Notes: generated from the letters alone by a model not told the origin. A stretch of DNA of 64,000 bases from Felis catus (GCF_018350175.1 NC_058368.1:58158001-58222000); one strand, 5' to 3'. Positions 38,075-52,514 are shown, counted from the first letter of the stretch. Numbers and translations: made by a program.

Positions 38075-40149
38075 TAGTAGAGCATCTATTTGTTGATTCC
38101 CAGAATCTTGTTAATTTTCCCCTCTGAATATTAAATGTTAAATTTTAAGGTAGGATGATGAATTTACACGTCACAGAATAGTTGCAGCTGAGATATATAC
38201 TACTACTACTGCTGCCAACTATTATTATCATAATAAATATTTTCTCTTTTTTATTGTGTTTATTGTATGTTAGTTACTATTATAATGATCTATCTACTCT
38301 TGGAAAGGAATATACCTAATAACTGGTTTTATTCTATGCCACAATTTCTTGAAATTCTTAACATGGCCACATTTGATTATATCATAAACATAACAAAATT
38401 AAATAGTTCATGGTGGCAACTTCAGAACAGGTATCATGTCATTTATTATTCTAAAATAGGAATATAGAATTCTTTTTGTGTACTTAGTTCCATTATTGGC
38501 ATTGTTCCAAACAAAATTTTTCATTAATATTCTAAAACATACATTCATTTTGGAATACTATACCACACATTCTATTAAATATGAGATGTTTCTCATGTTC
38601 TGATATTTTTTTAATCTCTAAGATTCCACATTATGTGCTAATTTCAGTATTTAGGCTTTGAAAAAAAGGACTACGTAAATTTGAAAGGGTTGTCAAAAGA
38701 TCTGCAGAGCCATTTTGTTTATAAAATGTAACCATTCCTTGGTCTTCCATATATCTGTTAAATTTTTCTGTAAACTTATTTCCTATACACTCAAATATCA
38801 TTAAACATATAATAGCAGAGAATTTAAATTTCTCATTCTGATCATAATTCTGGGAAGGGATTTAAATAATTTTACCCTCTGCAAACTCATAAATGCTAAT
38901 GCACTCATTGGAACTCTTTTATGTATTTAATTTTAACAAATATTTGAAAGTCAAAAAGCTTCCAGTATTTTAACTATCAAATAGGTTAAGACATACACAT
39001 GTCTATGCATATTAGGAGATAGGGAATCAATCAGTCATTATCATGCAATAATAACTTTTCCCATGTTTATCTAACACATTTATTTGGTTAAGTTGGATTT
39101 TGTGAATTTTATGTTTTTATTGCTCTTGAATAGTGTTTCACAGAGAAACTTTTCCATTTTGTTTGTTTGACAGGGTCAAAATTTAGACTTCCAATGTACA
39201 CCTAATTGCATGTGGATCTTGCTTTAATATTGTCTTGCAAATAAATTAAAGTGACTTTTATTTCATTATAAGAAGTTCATTAAGGTGACCAAATAATATA
39301 TCATATATATTACTTCAGTAGTCTCAAAGACAGTTAAATTTAATATTCTTAACTAGATTGTAGTCATTGCTCACTAGAATTATGAGGCAGAATATTTAAT
39401 ACTTGGCTTCTCTTTTTCCATGAAGATCTGGAAATGGGTTTTAACTATAAAAGAAAAAATGATACAATTCTCATGGTCTAAAAGGTACAAATGAACCCCA
39501 GCACTCCATCACCTATACTTTAGATTATGTATGTAAATTATGATAATTTTCTTAATAATTTGCTTAACATTTACTCTATATATTTCCAGATAAATTGAAG
39601 AAAATAATGTTCAGTAATAAGCAAAGCAATGGAACATTTTTAAAAATGATTACAGACAGTGTGATTTTTCTATTTATGAATTAGAATAAGTCAAAGCAAT
39701 TGCTACTTGAGTGAAACAAAATAAAGAGAGAAGTATCTTAATAAACAAAAATGTTGGACTTACAATGGATTAAAATGAAAACAGACACAAAAATAGAAAT
39801 TAAAAAGAGAGATGTGAATGATGATTGTCCTAAGCCAAAGAGTTATATCTGACTGAGCATCCTGAAATTTGATACAATACCCTTCCAAACAGCCACCTTC
39901 TTCTCTTCCCCAAAGACAGTGCAGCTGGTAGTGGAACCAAGTTCAATTGACACTTTCGATTGCTTTTATGTCAGCTAAATCCACAACTTAATAGATTCTC
40001 TAAATTGTGAACTTTTACTTTTGATTTAATTAACATATTCTTTAACTTTAAAATACAAATAAATGCATTTATAACTGCTGGGAAATGAGAGGCAATGCAA
40101 AATGCATTTATCATTGAATGGGTTCTTATTAGTGGTATAGAAATATTTA

Positions 40150-41270
40150 TGTTTCTAGATTTTTTATATATATTATGGCATATCTCAAATATATATGAAA
40201 TAGAATGGCATGATGAATCTTCATATGTCAATCTTTCAGCCTCAGTAATTATCAAGATACAATTTTGTTTCATCTATGTCTCTGCCTATTCACTCCCCAT
40301 CCCAGATAATTTTCAAACAAATTTTAACACTATGTAATTGTACTTCAGAAGGCATTTTTTTAAAAAAAAATTAACATTTATTTTTTACTGAGAGACAGAG
40401 AGACACAGAACATCAGAGCATGAGCATGGGAGGGGCAGAGAGAGGGGGAGACACAGAATCCTCAGCAGGCTCCAGGCTCTGAGCTGTCAGCACAGAGCCC
40501 AGTGTGGGGCTCAAACTCATGAACCGCGAGATCATGACCTGAGTCCAAGTCGGACGCGTAACCAACTCTACCACCCAGGCGCCCCCAGAAGGCATTTTTA
40601 ATGAAGGTTTTTTTCAGCTATTGCCACAATAACATTAACAAACCTAAAAATTTTAACATAGAGACTTTCTTATCACTCCATATATAGTCATTGGCAAACA
40701 AAGGTTATAAATTTTAATTGGTTATTATGGCTTCTCACGTATCCTTTATTTTGTATAATTTTCCTCACCCACATATTTTTCTAAATGTATGTTTATGGAA
40801 GAAATAATTTTCTTTTAATAACATAAGCAGTCTGGTTTTTGATATTTACATACCAGTGGTCATTTTGCATATTCTTTTTCTGAATTGCATGTAAATTAAT
40901 AGTTTAATCCAGTGTCTAGATAAATTCAGGCTTAATATTTGGGCAATAATTTTGTTCAAAAATTATTTTGACCATTAAAGTGATCATAATGTCTGGTTGT
41001 CTCTCTTTTAGTGATATTCAAAACCACTGACAATTATTTCTTTATTCCATTAATTCATGAGGGCTTGCAAAATGTTAGCATTCTTATTTTCTGTAATACT
41101 TTAATACTTTTATAAAGAGATTGTGTCCTAATCACATGGGTTTACACTGAGGTACAATCTATAAAGCAGGGACAGGATAATCACTTGAATTTTTTCTAAT
41201 TACCTCTTTTTATAATAATGAATTGTTTCCATATATTTCTTACAGTAACTAACAGTTTTACTTCCACAAA
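40150..41270 (-). mobile_element. Old L1 (L1MC4/5-like) 3' fragment, interrupted by a SINE
   Basis: CAGCCTCAGTAATTATCAA..TTGTTTCATCTAT..GATAATTTTCAAACAAAT; CATAATGTCTGGTTGTCTCTCTTTTAGTGAT; AAGCAGGGACAGGATAA. Confidence 0.6.
40360..40585 (-). mobile_element. Can-SINE (SINEC_Fc-type)
   Basis: Full length. TSD CAGAAGGCATTTTT. Confidence 0.97.
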
Positions 41271-41410
41271 TATTCCTATGAACTTATGAATTGAAATTTT
41301 AACATATTAAAAACCTTAATCATATTAATTAAAATATATTAAGTTCATTAAGTGCACATAGTCTACATAATATACTAAAAATTCAATATATGCTCATTGG
41401 TGACAATAAA

Positions 41411-41590
41411 TATAAACACTATATTAACACTATATGTAATATAAACTATTTATATATATATATATTGTTTATATTGTTTATATATATACATATAAACATT
41501 GTATATATATACACATATATACATATATATACATATATATACATATAAACATTGTTTATATGTATATATAAACACTATATATAATATAAA
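41411..41590. repeat. TA-rich mosaic repeat with 37-bp palindrome
   Basis: Perfect 18-bp arms at 41534-41551 and 41553-41570. Duplicated AACACTATAT(G/A)TAATATAAA. Confidence 0.85.
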
Positions 41591-44500
41591 TGTATTCTTT
41601 TTCCTCTGATATGATGATCTGAGAGTTTTGCTTTACTCCAGTTTTCAAGAGAATGACAAATTATTTAGGAAACTTGGACTATTGTACATTCTAGATCTTT
41701 CAGATCTAGAGTGATCTGAAAAAGTGATGCACACTATGATATCATCATGAAGAGTTTTTTTATTTCTACTACATAACCTAATACTCTTGACTTCTAACTA
41801 TTGCTACAATAAAGCATACTATACTATTGTGCAGGTTGCAGGATAAAGCAAATAAGTAATTTTGTTGGTGGTTTTTGAGAACTCGATTTTTGACTTGGTT
41901 TAAAGATGTGCAGTTAAAAGGTCAATACAAATGAAAATTATGTATTTAAAAAATAAGATGTATTATTGAATATGATTGATAAATATAAATTCATAATATA
42001 TTTTATCTTAAAAAAATAGCCATGTTAACTAAAAAGCCCAGAATACAATAACAAGCCAGCTTGGGGACAAGATTATAGACTCTATATGTGATTTTTTTAT
42101 TAAAAGAAATCTTGAGCAAATGTACATTTCCAGACATGGAGGAGGAAATATAAATGATGATTATTCTGTAGTATCTTAATGTCAGAAAGCAAAAATGAGA
42201 TCAATGATTTTTTGAATCTTGTTAGAAGAATAGGAGTCAACTTGAGGATTCCTCCAAAGTTCCAAAAACAAAACAAAAATCTAGTCTCAAAAGTGATATA
42301 CATAAAATATTTTTCAATTCATTTTCTTTATTTTATATTTAACCAATTTTTAGCAATAAAATCAAGTAAATGCCACATGAATACAGAAATTATTTTTGTT
42401 ATACAGAAATGGAAGTAAAAAATAAGTGCTGGAAAACAGTAATTTAATTAAGCAGACACTTAAACAGAAAAATAATTTTCCATGACCCATGCCATTTACA
42501 TGAATAAATCATAATAGTTCCAATAAATGTTTTGGCCATGTAATAGCAAATAAGCGCAAAACCTTTAGTGAATGATATTCTAATACACATAAACATACAG
42601 GTGGATCAAAATGTAATGTTTAAGGATATATCTATCTATCTTTAATAAATCTTCAATCCAATATCCAAAATAAGCTTCAAGCTCTAGTTAGAACATAGTA
42701 CATTGTTAAGGCACGCCCATGAAATTAAGGATTTCCATGAAAGTAAATGCATAGGAGCTATTTCTGTCCATTTAAAATTGTATCTTAAATTCAAAATATA
42801 CCAGGCCATAAAGCTAACTATATAATTGGCTTCATATTCAAACCACCATCCTGTTTGTATTGTTCCTTGGCTCTCTTCAAACCAGTCCAGTTCATATTGC
42901 CTCAGAATACAAAACAAATCAATCTAACAGGATTGGATGTCAGCATTTTACCAAAATTTATTTTTAAACAAATGACTTTTAGGTATATTGTACCATAATC
43001 TAGATGTCACAGTAGTAACCAATAAAGCAAATATTTTTTTTTAATTTTATCAAATCATTTAAACATTGATACTATTACCAGCAACATGATCACTGTACTT
43101 ATTTTAAGTTTTTTGTTTTGTCTTCTACACTTTTACCACAAAATATAATATCTTTAAACATGCATAGTTAATTTTTTATCTTTTAAAATGACTGAAATAA
43201 CTCTTTCCAGTTATATGTGTATACTCACACATGTACACACATACACACAGATAAGAGAAAGCATACACAATTAATTTTATTTCATAAACTGAATGGGGAG
43301 CAGTTTGTCCTTATATTTTTAGGAAAACAATAAGTACAGTATACTTTGCAAGAACATTGTTTCAATAAGTGAAGATATCTTTAAATAGATTTGAGTTTCT
43401 GGTGTTAAATTTATATACTAGAAAAAAGCCAATAAATACTACTTTTATAATAATATGTTTTGATAAAATTTTCTTATAAAAAAAACACCAAATCAGTTTG
43501 TATGTCTTGCCATTGATTGAGATATTCTTTGATATTTTTCAACATTTTAAATACATTCCATGAAAAGCAACAAATATAATACTTTGATATCCCTTCCTTG
43601 TTTCTTTAATGGGCTGAGAAGTTCATTTATCAACTTCAATAATAGATACATTTATGATGACTTCTATAAACATTCTAAATTTGTTATCCTTGGCTAGTTT
43701 GATACATGCAGTAGAAAACTAAAAAAAAAAATCCAAGCCTGATTTTGTTTTTGAATTCCACTATGGATGAATGTCAATGTGATCAAATACATAAATAAAT
43801 TGTTTCATTTAATGCAGATTATGAAATGTAAAAAGCTAAACACAGTAAGTAAGCTGTTTTTATGAAGTTCCTCTGAGTTTTTGAAGCCATGCTTTTCTAT
43901 TTCTGTATTCCTAGTATAAAGAATACAGAAGAAAATCTTTATTATGCCCCCTCTCTGTTTTGCCTTATGAGTATATTCAGTATTCATATGTTAATTGTTT
44001 AAAAATTAAAATTGAATAAAATGACATTGCTATATAAAATAGATTTGCCTATTGGAAAAATATGTAAAGAAAAAAAAGTATATCCATGCAGAAACTTCTT
44101 CCTATATTTCATTATTCTAAGAAGTTAGATAAGCTACTCAGGACTTATTTTTACATGAGAATTATTGAAACTTCCTTTTGCTGGAATAAAAATGGATAGC
44201 ATCTGGGGAACATTTATGTAGTCAGAAAGGAGGTGAAATATCTTTAACATGGATAATTGAAACTCTAAAAAGAATAATATAGTTCATATTTCTCTAGAGT
44301 AAGTGATAAAGGAAAGGACATATTAGCATTCTTTGTAGAAAAGATATTTAAAGAAATAGTCCATTTATTACATTGTAATTATTTCTCCCTTGAAACAAAA
44401 TTACATCTCTTTTGACAGTTTATCATCATATTTTCATTATTGTGTTATTTCTTATCACTTATCTTATTATGTTGCCAGTGACTTTCCATGACTGTTCTGA

Positions 44501-45084
44501 ACTCCTTAAACTTTAAACTTTCATACTCTCTGGCTATAGGATCTTGGAACATTTTGCCCACTTCAGCTGAGAAATCTTAACTTCAGGAAAATTTTTTCTA
44601 GACTCCAACCACTCCCTATCCTTTTAGAGGTTGAACATCTTTAGTTCCTTCTATTGATTTCAGCTTAGAACTACTCACAGTGCATTATAGTCTTCTGCTT
44701 ACTTTGTAGGCCTCCAGAAGTGGACTGTGAGCATGGTCTTACTCATCTCTAGATCCTTAGAATTTACATCCTTAGCTTTCATTAAATTATTGCACATGTA
44801 GCTTCTATATGTAAAATTATTTTTACAAAGATTCATAGATAATACACTACAGAATCCAAATGAGAAGCTTACTCCAATATAAAATATTAGTAAAAATACT
44901 GCAAACATAATAAGTTGTCAAACTTACAGGGCTACTAGCAATGTGGAAGGAAAACTAACAATTTTGATCTTCAGTTTCCTTCTCTCTGTAACAGTTGGCA
45001 GCACGGCAATAATAACACTCCTAAAATAAAGTAAATCAACTTCTACATATTTAGTACTTTCAAGTTATTAAGACTGTGAGTGTG

Positions 45085-45241
45085 ACTACTTTAGATTCCT
45101 CATATAAGTGAGATTGTGCAGTATTTGTCTTTATGTATCTGGCCTAATTTATTCAGTATAAGATCCTTCAGGTTTATTCATGTGGTCACAAATGCAGAAT
45201 TTCTTCTTTTTAAAGGTTGAGTAATATTCCTTTGTGTGTGA

Positions 45242-45276
<35 letters not shown>

Positions 45277-45460
45277 GCCTTTAAACAAACAAAAAAAAAG
45301 CATATATCAGTTGACAGACACTTAGATTGCTTCCATATCTTGGCTACTGTGAATATTGCTGTAATAGACGTGAGAGTACAGATATCTTTTGATATACTGA
45401 TATCAAGTCCTTTGGATATACCCAGAAGTGAGATTGCTAGATCATAGACTAATTTATCTT
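45085..45460 (-). mobile_element. L1MA-like fragment with (GT)n
   Basis: TTAGATTCCTCATATAAGTGAGAT..CACTTAGATTGCTTCCATATCTTGGCT..GGATATACCCAGAAGTGAGATTGCTAGATCAT. The minus-strand ORF has the L1 ORF2 C-terminal motif (YDLAISLLGI..AIFTVAKIWKQSKC). Confidence 0.9.
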
Positions 45461-45724
45461 GTTTTCTAGAGGTGAGCAGGGTAGAGAAATACAAGTGTTT
45501 AAGTGAGCTACAGTGAATATTTCTCTAGGTTTTATGTATATATATGTGTGTTTCGGGAGATTTATTCATTTTCTAGCTATTGAATAACCACATGTAAAAA
45601 ATATTAAAATATTGAGAAGTACAAAACATGGAGGTATGTGAAGTATACGAGTTTAGAAGTGCATCATTTTTATATTTTCGTTACCTTGTCTGAAGATGGA
45701 TGTTGGTTCATTGTGATTTGAATG

Positions 45725-45794
45725 GATCTGAATAATTGGATCACCCAATTAACTTTTGAACAGATTTGAATAATCGGATCACCCAATTAACTTT
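45725..45794. repeat. Tandem duplication, 38-bp period
   Basis: GAT(C/T)TGAATAAT(T/C)GGATCACCCAATTAACTTT twice. Confidence 0.9.
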
Positions 45795-46235
45795 AATCAT
45801 CTAAGATAAAAAGAAACGCTATTTTATGGAGAATACTGATTCCAATTCTATTTAATATTATTTTTTTTAGTCAGAATTCCTAATTTTTCAGATTAAGGGT
45901 AAAAAAAAACTTATTTGATATTACCCTTAAATTGAAAGTAAGATTTAGCTTATCAAGCAAAACTTACTATATGGAAAAAATTGCACTTTGGAGTAAGAAG
46001 TTAACAGATGCCTATGGCTATGCCAGTTAGGTATTGTAAAGATCTGGTTACAGAGCATCACGGAATATTATTCTATTTTTATTTAATTTGGAAAGGAATT
46101 CTGTACTACAATTAAAATGTCAATTTGCATGTAAAAATCTTTTTTATACTTTAAAGTTTGTAGCAATTCAGGCTACAATTTTAATTCACTGTGAAGTATA
46201 TCTGGACCTGAGTGTACTTTTTAAAATTAATATCC

Positions 46236-46237
<2 letters not shown>

Positions 46238-46282
<45 letters not shown>
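46238..46282. repeat. (CA)n microsatellite
   Basis: Direct reading. Confidence 0.97.
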
Positions 46283-46284
<2 letters not shown>

Positions 46285-46888
46285 AGGATAGATTATTTGT
46301 TAATAAAATTATGTTATTTGAAATGGTTAATGTTATTATATTTTCTTAAATTTGTCTGGGAAATATATACTCATAAAAATAAACAGTTATTTGACAGAAT
46401 TTTTTTTTAAAAACCATATTAACAGAGGTTTTTATTTATCAGAAATCTGTAGGACAAAAGTAGAAAAAGAAATGAATTAATTCCCATGGTAATGTTCGTG
46501 GAAAACAGCAGAACATTGAAAGTATGGATTTTCTGAGAAGGCAGCTTGTAACCAGAACAGGAGAAAGAAAATAAGAGAAGAGTGATGTATAAAGTGCTCT
46601 GTGGAATGAAAGAGGGAAACATGTTTGTATCAATTCTCATTGACAATTCTCATTGCATCAGTTCTCAGTGGCTCTAACACTCTTAAGAAGAGGAGGCTAG
46701 AGAGATATTTTATGTAAGGGAACTAGATGATGACCTATTTTCACTGTCCTTTCAACCATACTAATGAGCTCCAATAGCTGTCTAGGTTGAAGAAAGTCCA
46801 CCTCAAAGGTATAACATTTAGGGTCACATTATCTTGAATATTAGGATTAACACGTTGCAATTAAATACAATTTTATCATTAATCAGAA

Positions 46889-47203
46889 CCAGTAGTGTCC
46901 AATATGTCAAGCACTAGTCACCTGGTTATCAGACATTTGAAATGTAACTAGTCTGAATTGAAATGTATTCACCTGTCCAGTACATAAACGATTTTAAAGA
47001 CAGTACAAAAACAAAAAAAGAATAAAAACTCTCAATAATGTTATAAACTTACATGATAAATTATAACATTTTGAGTAATAAGGTTAAATAAAATATATTT
47101 CTAAAATCAATTTCACATTTCTTTTTAGCTTTTTAATATTTTTAATATTGTTACAAATTTGATTGTATATTTGGTTTATTTATAATTCTGATGGATTATA
47201 CTG
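46889..47203. mobile_element. MER33-like hAT-Charlie relic
   Basis: GTGTCCAATATG..CACTAGTCAC..TTGAAATGTAACTAGTCTGAATTGA..GGTTAAATAAAATATATT..AATTTCAC. Confidence 0.75.
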
Positions 47204-47619
47204 ATCAAGATTTTAGCCAGAAATAACTTCCCCAATGTGCTGTATATACAAATGAAAGTTTATGATGACACAAGATATTACTATTAATTCAATAACTTGT
47301 CAAACCAAAGAGATGATGAGTAGAAAAGCAATATAATTTTAAAAATTATGTTATTAAACAAATTTTTTGCATGCTTTCTCTGGATAAAACATTTTAAGTG
47401 AATGTGCAAATATATAAAATATTTTAAAATTGCAATGAAAAATTCTGAAATTTTAATTAAGCATATTTATACATTTTTGAAAAATCTTACAGTAATTCAT
47501 GATACATGATACAAAAAATGTATATATGTTCATTTATTTCTCCATTAACATATATTTGTAATTATAACAACATAATTGGCATTAAACATTCAGACTTATG
47601 TATAAAATAGTGATGGTAA

Positions 47620-47792
47620 GGGCACCTGGGTGGCTCAGTCAGTTAAGCATCAAACTCTTGTTTTCACTGTGCTGACAGTGCAAAGCCTGCTTAGGATTCT
47701 CTCTCTTCCTCTCTCTGCTCCTTCCCCACTGTCTCTCTCTCTGTCTCTCAACAAACAAACAAACAAACAAACAAACACACATTAAAAAATAT
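47620..47792 (+). mobile_element. Can-SINE with internal deletion
   Basis: Head GGGCACCTGGGTGGCTCAGTCAGTTAAGC jumps to CTGTGCTGACAG. (CAAA)n tail. TSD TAAAATA(G/C)T(G/T)ATGGTAA. Confidence 0.9.
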
Positions 47793-47968
47793 TAAAATAC
47801 TTATGGTAATGTCTGAAAGAGTTGTTAGAAAGATTTAAAAAATATAATGTCTAGTAAACAGTATGCATTCAATTATAATAATAACAAATAATATATATTA
47901 AACATTAAAGAAAATAATTAAAATAATGATGCAGAAAAAGTCAACAGTCTTAAGCTATTAATAAAACA

Positions 47969-48153
47969 TTTTTTAAGTTTATTTATTTATTTTGAGAAAG
48001 ACAGAGACAGCACAGGTGGGGGAGGGGAAGAGAGAGAGGGAGAGAGAGAATTCCAAGCAGGCTCCGTGCTGCCAGTATAAAGCCCAACTAAGGGGCTTGA
48101 ACTCACGAAATCAAGATTCGGATGCTTAATTGATTGAGTCACCCAGGTTCCCC
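47969..48153 (-). mobile_element. Can-SINE (older)
   Basis: Reverse SINE ending GAGTCACCCAGGTTCCCC. Confidence 0.9.
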
Positions 48154-48315
48154 TTGATAAAATACTTTTAAACACAGTTCCCATAATGAAAGATGTGATA
48201 TATCTGTCTTACTTCAGGGAAATTTCCATGTAGATTTTATTCAGGTGAACAAATTAATTAATTCTATGTTAATCTATTAAACAAAAATATTTTAGTGCTT
48301 TTCTCCTGCTTTATG

Positions 48316-48368
48316 TGTGTCTCCATACATCTTCAAAGTTCTTTGTGTCTCCACGCATCTTCAAAGTT
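48316..48368. repeat. Tandem duplication, 28-bp period
   Basis: TGTGTCTCCA(TA/CG)CATCTTCAAAGTT twice. Confidence 0.9.
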
Positions 48369-48856
48369 TGTTTAATATTAAAATGTGTCAATTGAATAAT
48401 TTAAAATTTACCAGTAGATTTTCTGATATTTTTAATAAAATTCTGGTTAGACTGTGTGCATACATACTAGCATTTTTAATTTCAAATCACGATTTTCAAG
48501 AAGAGAAAGAAGGAGACATCAATTGTGACAGTCCCCAAAAACCTTTCTTTTTATAATGCTGTGCTTCATCAGAAAGACAAAATCTTCCCAATAACTTTTC
48601 CTAACATTCAGAGAGAAGAAAAAAATTCTTATCTATTTTTAGATATACTGGTATACCTAAAGTATCAAGGTTATAAAGTCAAATTTGAAAAAAAACAGTG
48701 GTAATGGAGATACAGCTCTTTACCTTTTAGGTAAAGATAGAAGGTGATATAAAAAGAATGAACCTATACACTACACATTAACAAATATACTTGTATGTAT
48801 TGCTGCGGATTTTCAAAGGGTTATTTTAGACTTTTTTCATTTATGTTTTTAAACAG

Positions 48857-48901
48857 GAGAATTAGAGATTATGCAATAAGCATGTGTTCACATATAATGA
48901 A
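48857..48901 (+). other. Candidate 45-nt internal exon (weak)
   Basis: Acceptor CTTTTTTCATTTATGTTTTTAAACAG and donor GAA|GTGAGT. One open frame (RIRDYAISMCSHIM). No homology recognised. Confidence 0.3.
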
Positions 48902-49733
48902 GTGAGTTCATCACATCAGGATTTTCAAGGTTAAATCCCATACTTAAGGAAGACTGTTCCACTTTAATCCATTTGAAATGTTGAATCAAAATATATAATT
49001 AAATTTGCTCGTTGTGAGGGAAGAATAATATATATTTTGAATGTCACTTCATAGCAGCATGAGAACAATATTTCACTTTCTGCAGTCATAACGTACCTTT
49101 ATGATATCTATGCCCTGTTCCCTGACATCGTGGGAATGCTCATTTGGAGGCATGTTGACTAAAAAGCTAGCATGAATAAACACAGCCAAGCTAGACTTCA
49201 GAAAATATGTCAAAACATCTACCTGAAATTTTGGCATACAATTATTTAGTTGACATATCTAAAGGCCAAGTAAAATTTGATTAATGCATTAAAAAATAAA
49301 TACAGCAAGAAAAAAACACAGGATTTTTTTAAAATTTAAATTATGAGAAGCAGATAATGTACCAAGCATTTAATGGATAAGATGTAAATTATAAAAGCTA
49401 TTTAATTAATATTTTCTGTAATTAACACTTTCTAAGATTAGAAATAGAAATAGAAAAAGTTTACTTGTATATTTAGGAGACAAATGGCCTGAATTTCAGG
49501 AAAATGCTCATACCAATCAATAATGTGAATATCATGGGAATAAAGTAATTGTTAACAGTGCTCATTTTATAGTTATTTGTATATCCTGCAATGTTCATTT
49601 TTATAGTCTTAATCATATTGGAGACACACATGTAGCAGATCATATCAGGTAGGCCTTTATGAATGCAGTAAAGATATATTAAATAGAGCAAACAATGTTG
49701 TAACTTTAAAGGTCAAAATCTAAAAACATCGTG

Positions 49734-49768
<35 letters not shown>

Positions 49769-51419
49769 GACTTTTTTTGTTATCAAATCCCTACTTCCTC
49801 TCTAGCTCATTTATATATTAAGTAGAGTCATGCTTACATGCTAATAATTACATAACTGAATCTGAGTTTTAGGCCAAATTTGCTGATATAATTTACAATT
49901 TCATTATATATTCAGACTATTTTAATCAGCTCAAAATAGCATATCTGTCATACAGTTTAGCTAAATTTTGTTTTAGCAAAATAATAAAGATAATCAGTGG
50001 ATCTACCTTGTCTCATTTTAGAGTATGATACATATGTTTCAATCATGTTTGACCATAAGGAATATAATATAATGAATACATATACATGTATATCTGAATA
50101 AAATATACATTGATCTGTAATAGAAAATATTTTCTTATATGTTATGTATTGCATTACCATCACTACTTGTTCATTAAGCTCCCCTTACTTTATGCATGAT
50201 GATACTAAAGTACACTGATATCAGAAGGTAGTAAATGACTAGCATTAATCTATAACTAATTGTATTTAGCACCTATTATGACTTAACCAGTAGTAGACTA
50301 AATAATGGGGATAGGAGAGGCAAACATACTCCCAAATTATTAACTATCTAAAAAATACTCAATTCCCATTCAATGTAACAAAATGATTTGATATAGATGG
50401 TTGTAAGTTTATAATCTAAGAAAGAAAGAAAATTAAATGATAATATTTTAGATCTAATCAGTGATTTTCAATAAAATGATGAAGTGAAAATATTCCATTA
50501 TATAATAATAACCTTCCTCTGTTCTACCTTCAAATATCTCTTCTAATTTTTAACCTAGTTTGGACACATGGGCATTCCTTTCAGTTACATACATATAAAT
50601 TCCATTCTATATATGTATATATGACTATTACTGTTCTCTATAAAAATTTTATTTCTTATTTCAAGAAACTGTCTCTTGTTGGCTGATGACATAGATTTTG
50701 TATATTATCATCATAATATTTTTTGCTTAATCATCCAGCATATTTAGATGATACCATTCTATTTAAAATTTTACAATACTGTTACTTTGCCACACTTCAT
50801 TTAAAAACTTGATTAAATCTGAACATTTAAGTTTCAAAAATAATTATTTTCACTTTTATGGGAAAACAGATAGCCAAACCTCCTCATCTAAAACAAATTT
50901 CTAAGCCATTAGGTTGCAGAAATAACTATTCAGATCCCTTGTGATTAAAGAGAGCCATTAAACTGTAACTCAAAGTGAACTAGCATTTTGGTATATTCTT
51001 AGTGTTGTTTTGAAGATTTAATTAATGATATAAAATGCTATGTGAATGAAAAACAAAAGCAAATATATCCTGCTCATATATTTTAGCCTTTATGTTTTTT
51101 TTTACTTTAAGAATATTGTCTTATTTAAAATATTTCTGAGAAGTGAAACATTATTATAGATTCAATAGCTCATGTAAACTTATAATGAATAATCTTCCTA
51201 TTCCAAAAAATATCTTTGTTACTACATTCTTTAAAAAAAAGCAAACACTTTAGTTTGCCATAGTTTCATTGTTCATATAATTCCTTCTCATGGGCTTAAA
51301 GTCAAAACTGAACTGAAAGAACCATTTTGTTGAAAGTTCATCCTGTAATGTAGCAACTGGAGTTACAAAAGCAAGCTATTAAGACATAGAATAATGGTTA
51401 TTTTTTTATTTTTGTTTTT

Positions 51420-51586
51420 TAAGTTGAAGAAACTTCATGGTTATTTAGTCATTTTCTCTTTTTCTATTTCTGTAAGTGGGAAATGAATGACTCTGTTACT
51501 CACTTCCTATCTCACAGGCAGTTTGTGTCACAACTATGGTTAGGATCCAGGTCTTCTGGTCTTATTCAATGCTTTGTTTCATTATA
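51420..51586 (-). mobile_element. MIR fragment
   Basis: Degenerate MIR core: ..TCTCACAGGCAGTTTGTGTCACAACT..TAGGATCCAGGTCTTCTGGTCTTATTCAATGCTTTGTTTCATTATA. Confidence 0.55.
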
Positions 51587-52514
51587 GTTGTTGAGAAAAA
51601 TTGTTTCTTCATTGTTTACCAGGAAGACCACATTCTTCCATGTTTGTCAGTATCGAACTGCTGCTATGTGGCTGAACTAAGACTAAGTTTTAAAAAAGAA
51701 ATAAAATAAAATAAAGCTCTGACAGTTTTCTAGAGTTTGTTTCTATTTGAGTAGAGGAACAACACTGAACATTGACCCATTTCTATCAAGCCAAAATTCC
51801 CCTTACAGCCAATCATCAGTCACTTTGTCAGAAATGTGCCAAAGATTCCAGTCATTCGTGTAGCACTGAACCATAATACATACTGTTTAAGTCATGCATT
51901 AAATCTATCTCAGAGCTCTAACCTTAAATCCATTTTGTACTTAGCTGTCTGTGAGTGACAGGGCTAATTGGTCCACTTTCTTGTGTAAGGTTACTTTGCA
52001 GTAGTCAGATGATGGATTTCTGAAATTGTTAAGCTGGGAAAGTTAGTTCTTTACTTTTGACCTTCCTTCGGGTCTTGAATGTATTCTTAAACATTCATAT
52101 AAAGGGGCACAGCCTCTTTGTATGAACATCAGTATTGTAGGTTTCTCTAAAAATCTGTTATATCCTACTTGAGAAATCCTGGATTAGAATACATCAGAAT
52201 GACATAAAACTTTTGATTGTATATTGGGTGTCACCATAATCAGAGGGACACTGAAAATAACAGTAAAACTTATTTGACAATCTTCACAAGTGTACAAACC
52301 AGAATCTATTCTATTATGCACCTCATGCTTACTGACTTCATACTATGTGAGGAGACGTATTATTAAAATCTGTTCCTTCCCTAGTTTTCAAATTTGTGTA
52401 GCCACTCCACTGAAAATTTAAAGACATATAAACATCTTCAACCAACAATAATAAGAATGTAAGATTTAAAAAAAAAAACTGCCTTCGTTCATTCCGCTGC
52501 TATAACAACATTTC

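Noticed and set aside
39150..39230. Acceptor-like TTTTCCATTTTGTTTGTTTGACAG (similar sites near 33112, 49085 and 63010)
   Set aside because: No convincing paired donor or recognisable coding frame; such tracts are common in T-rich introns.
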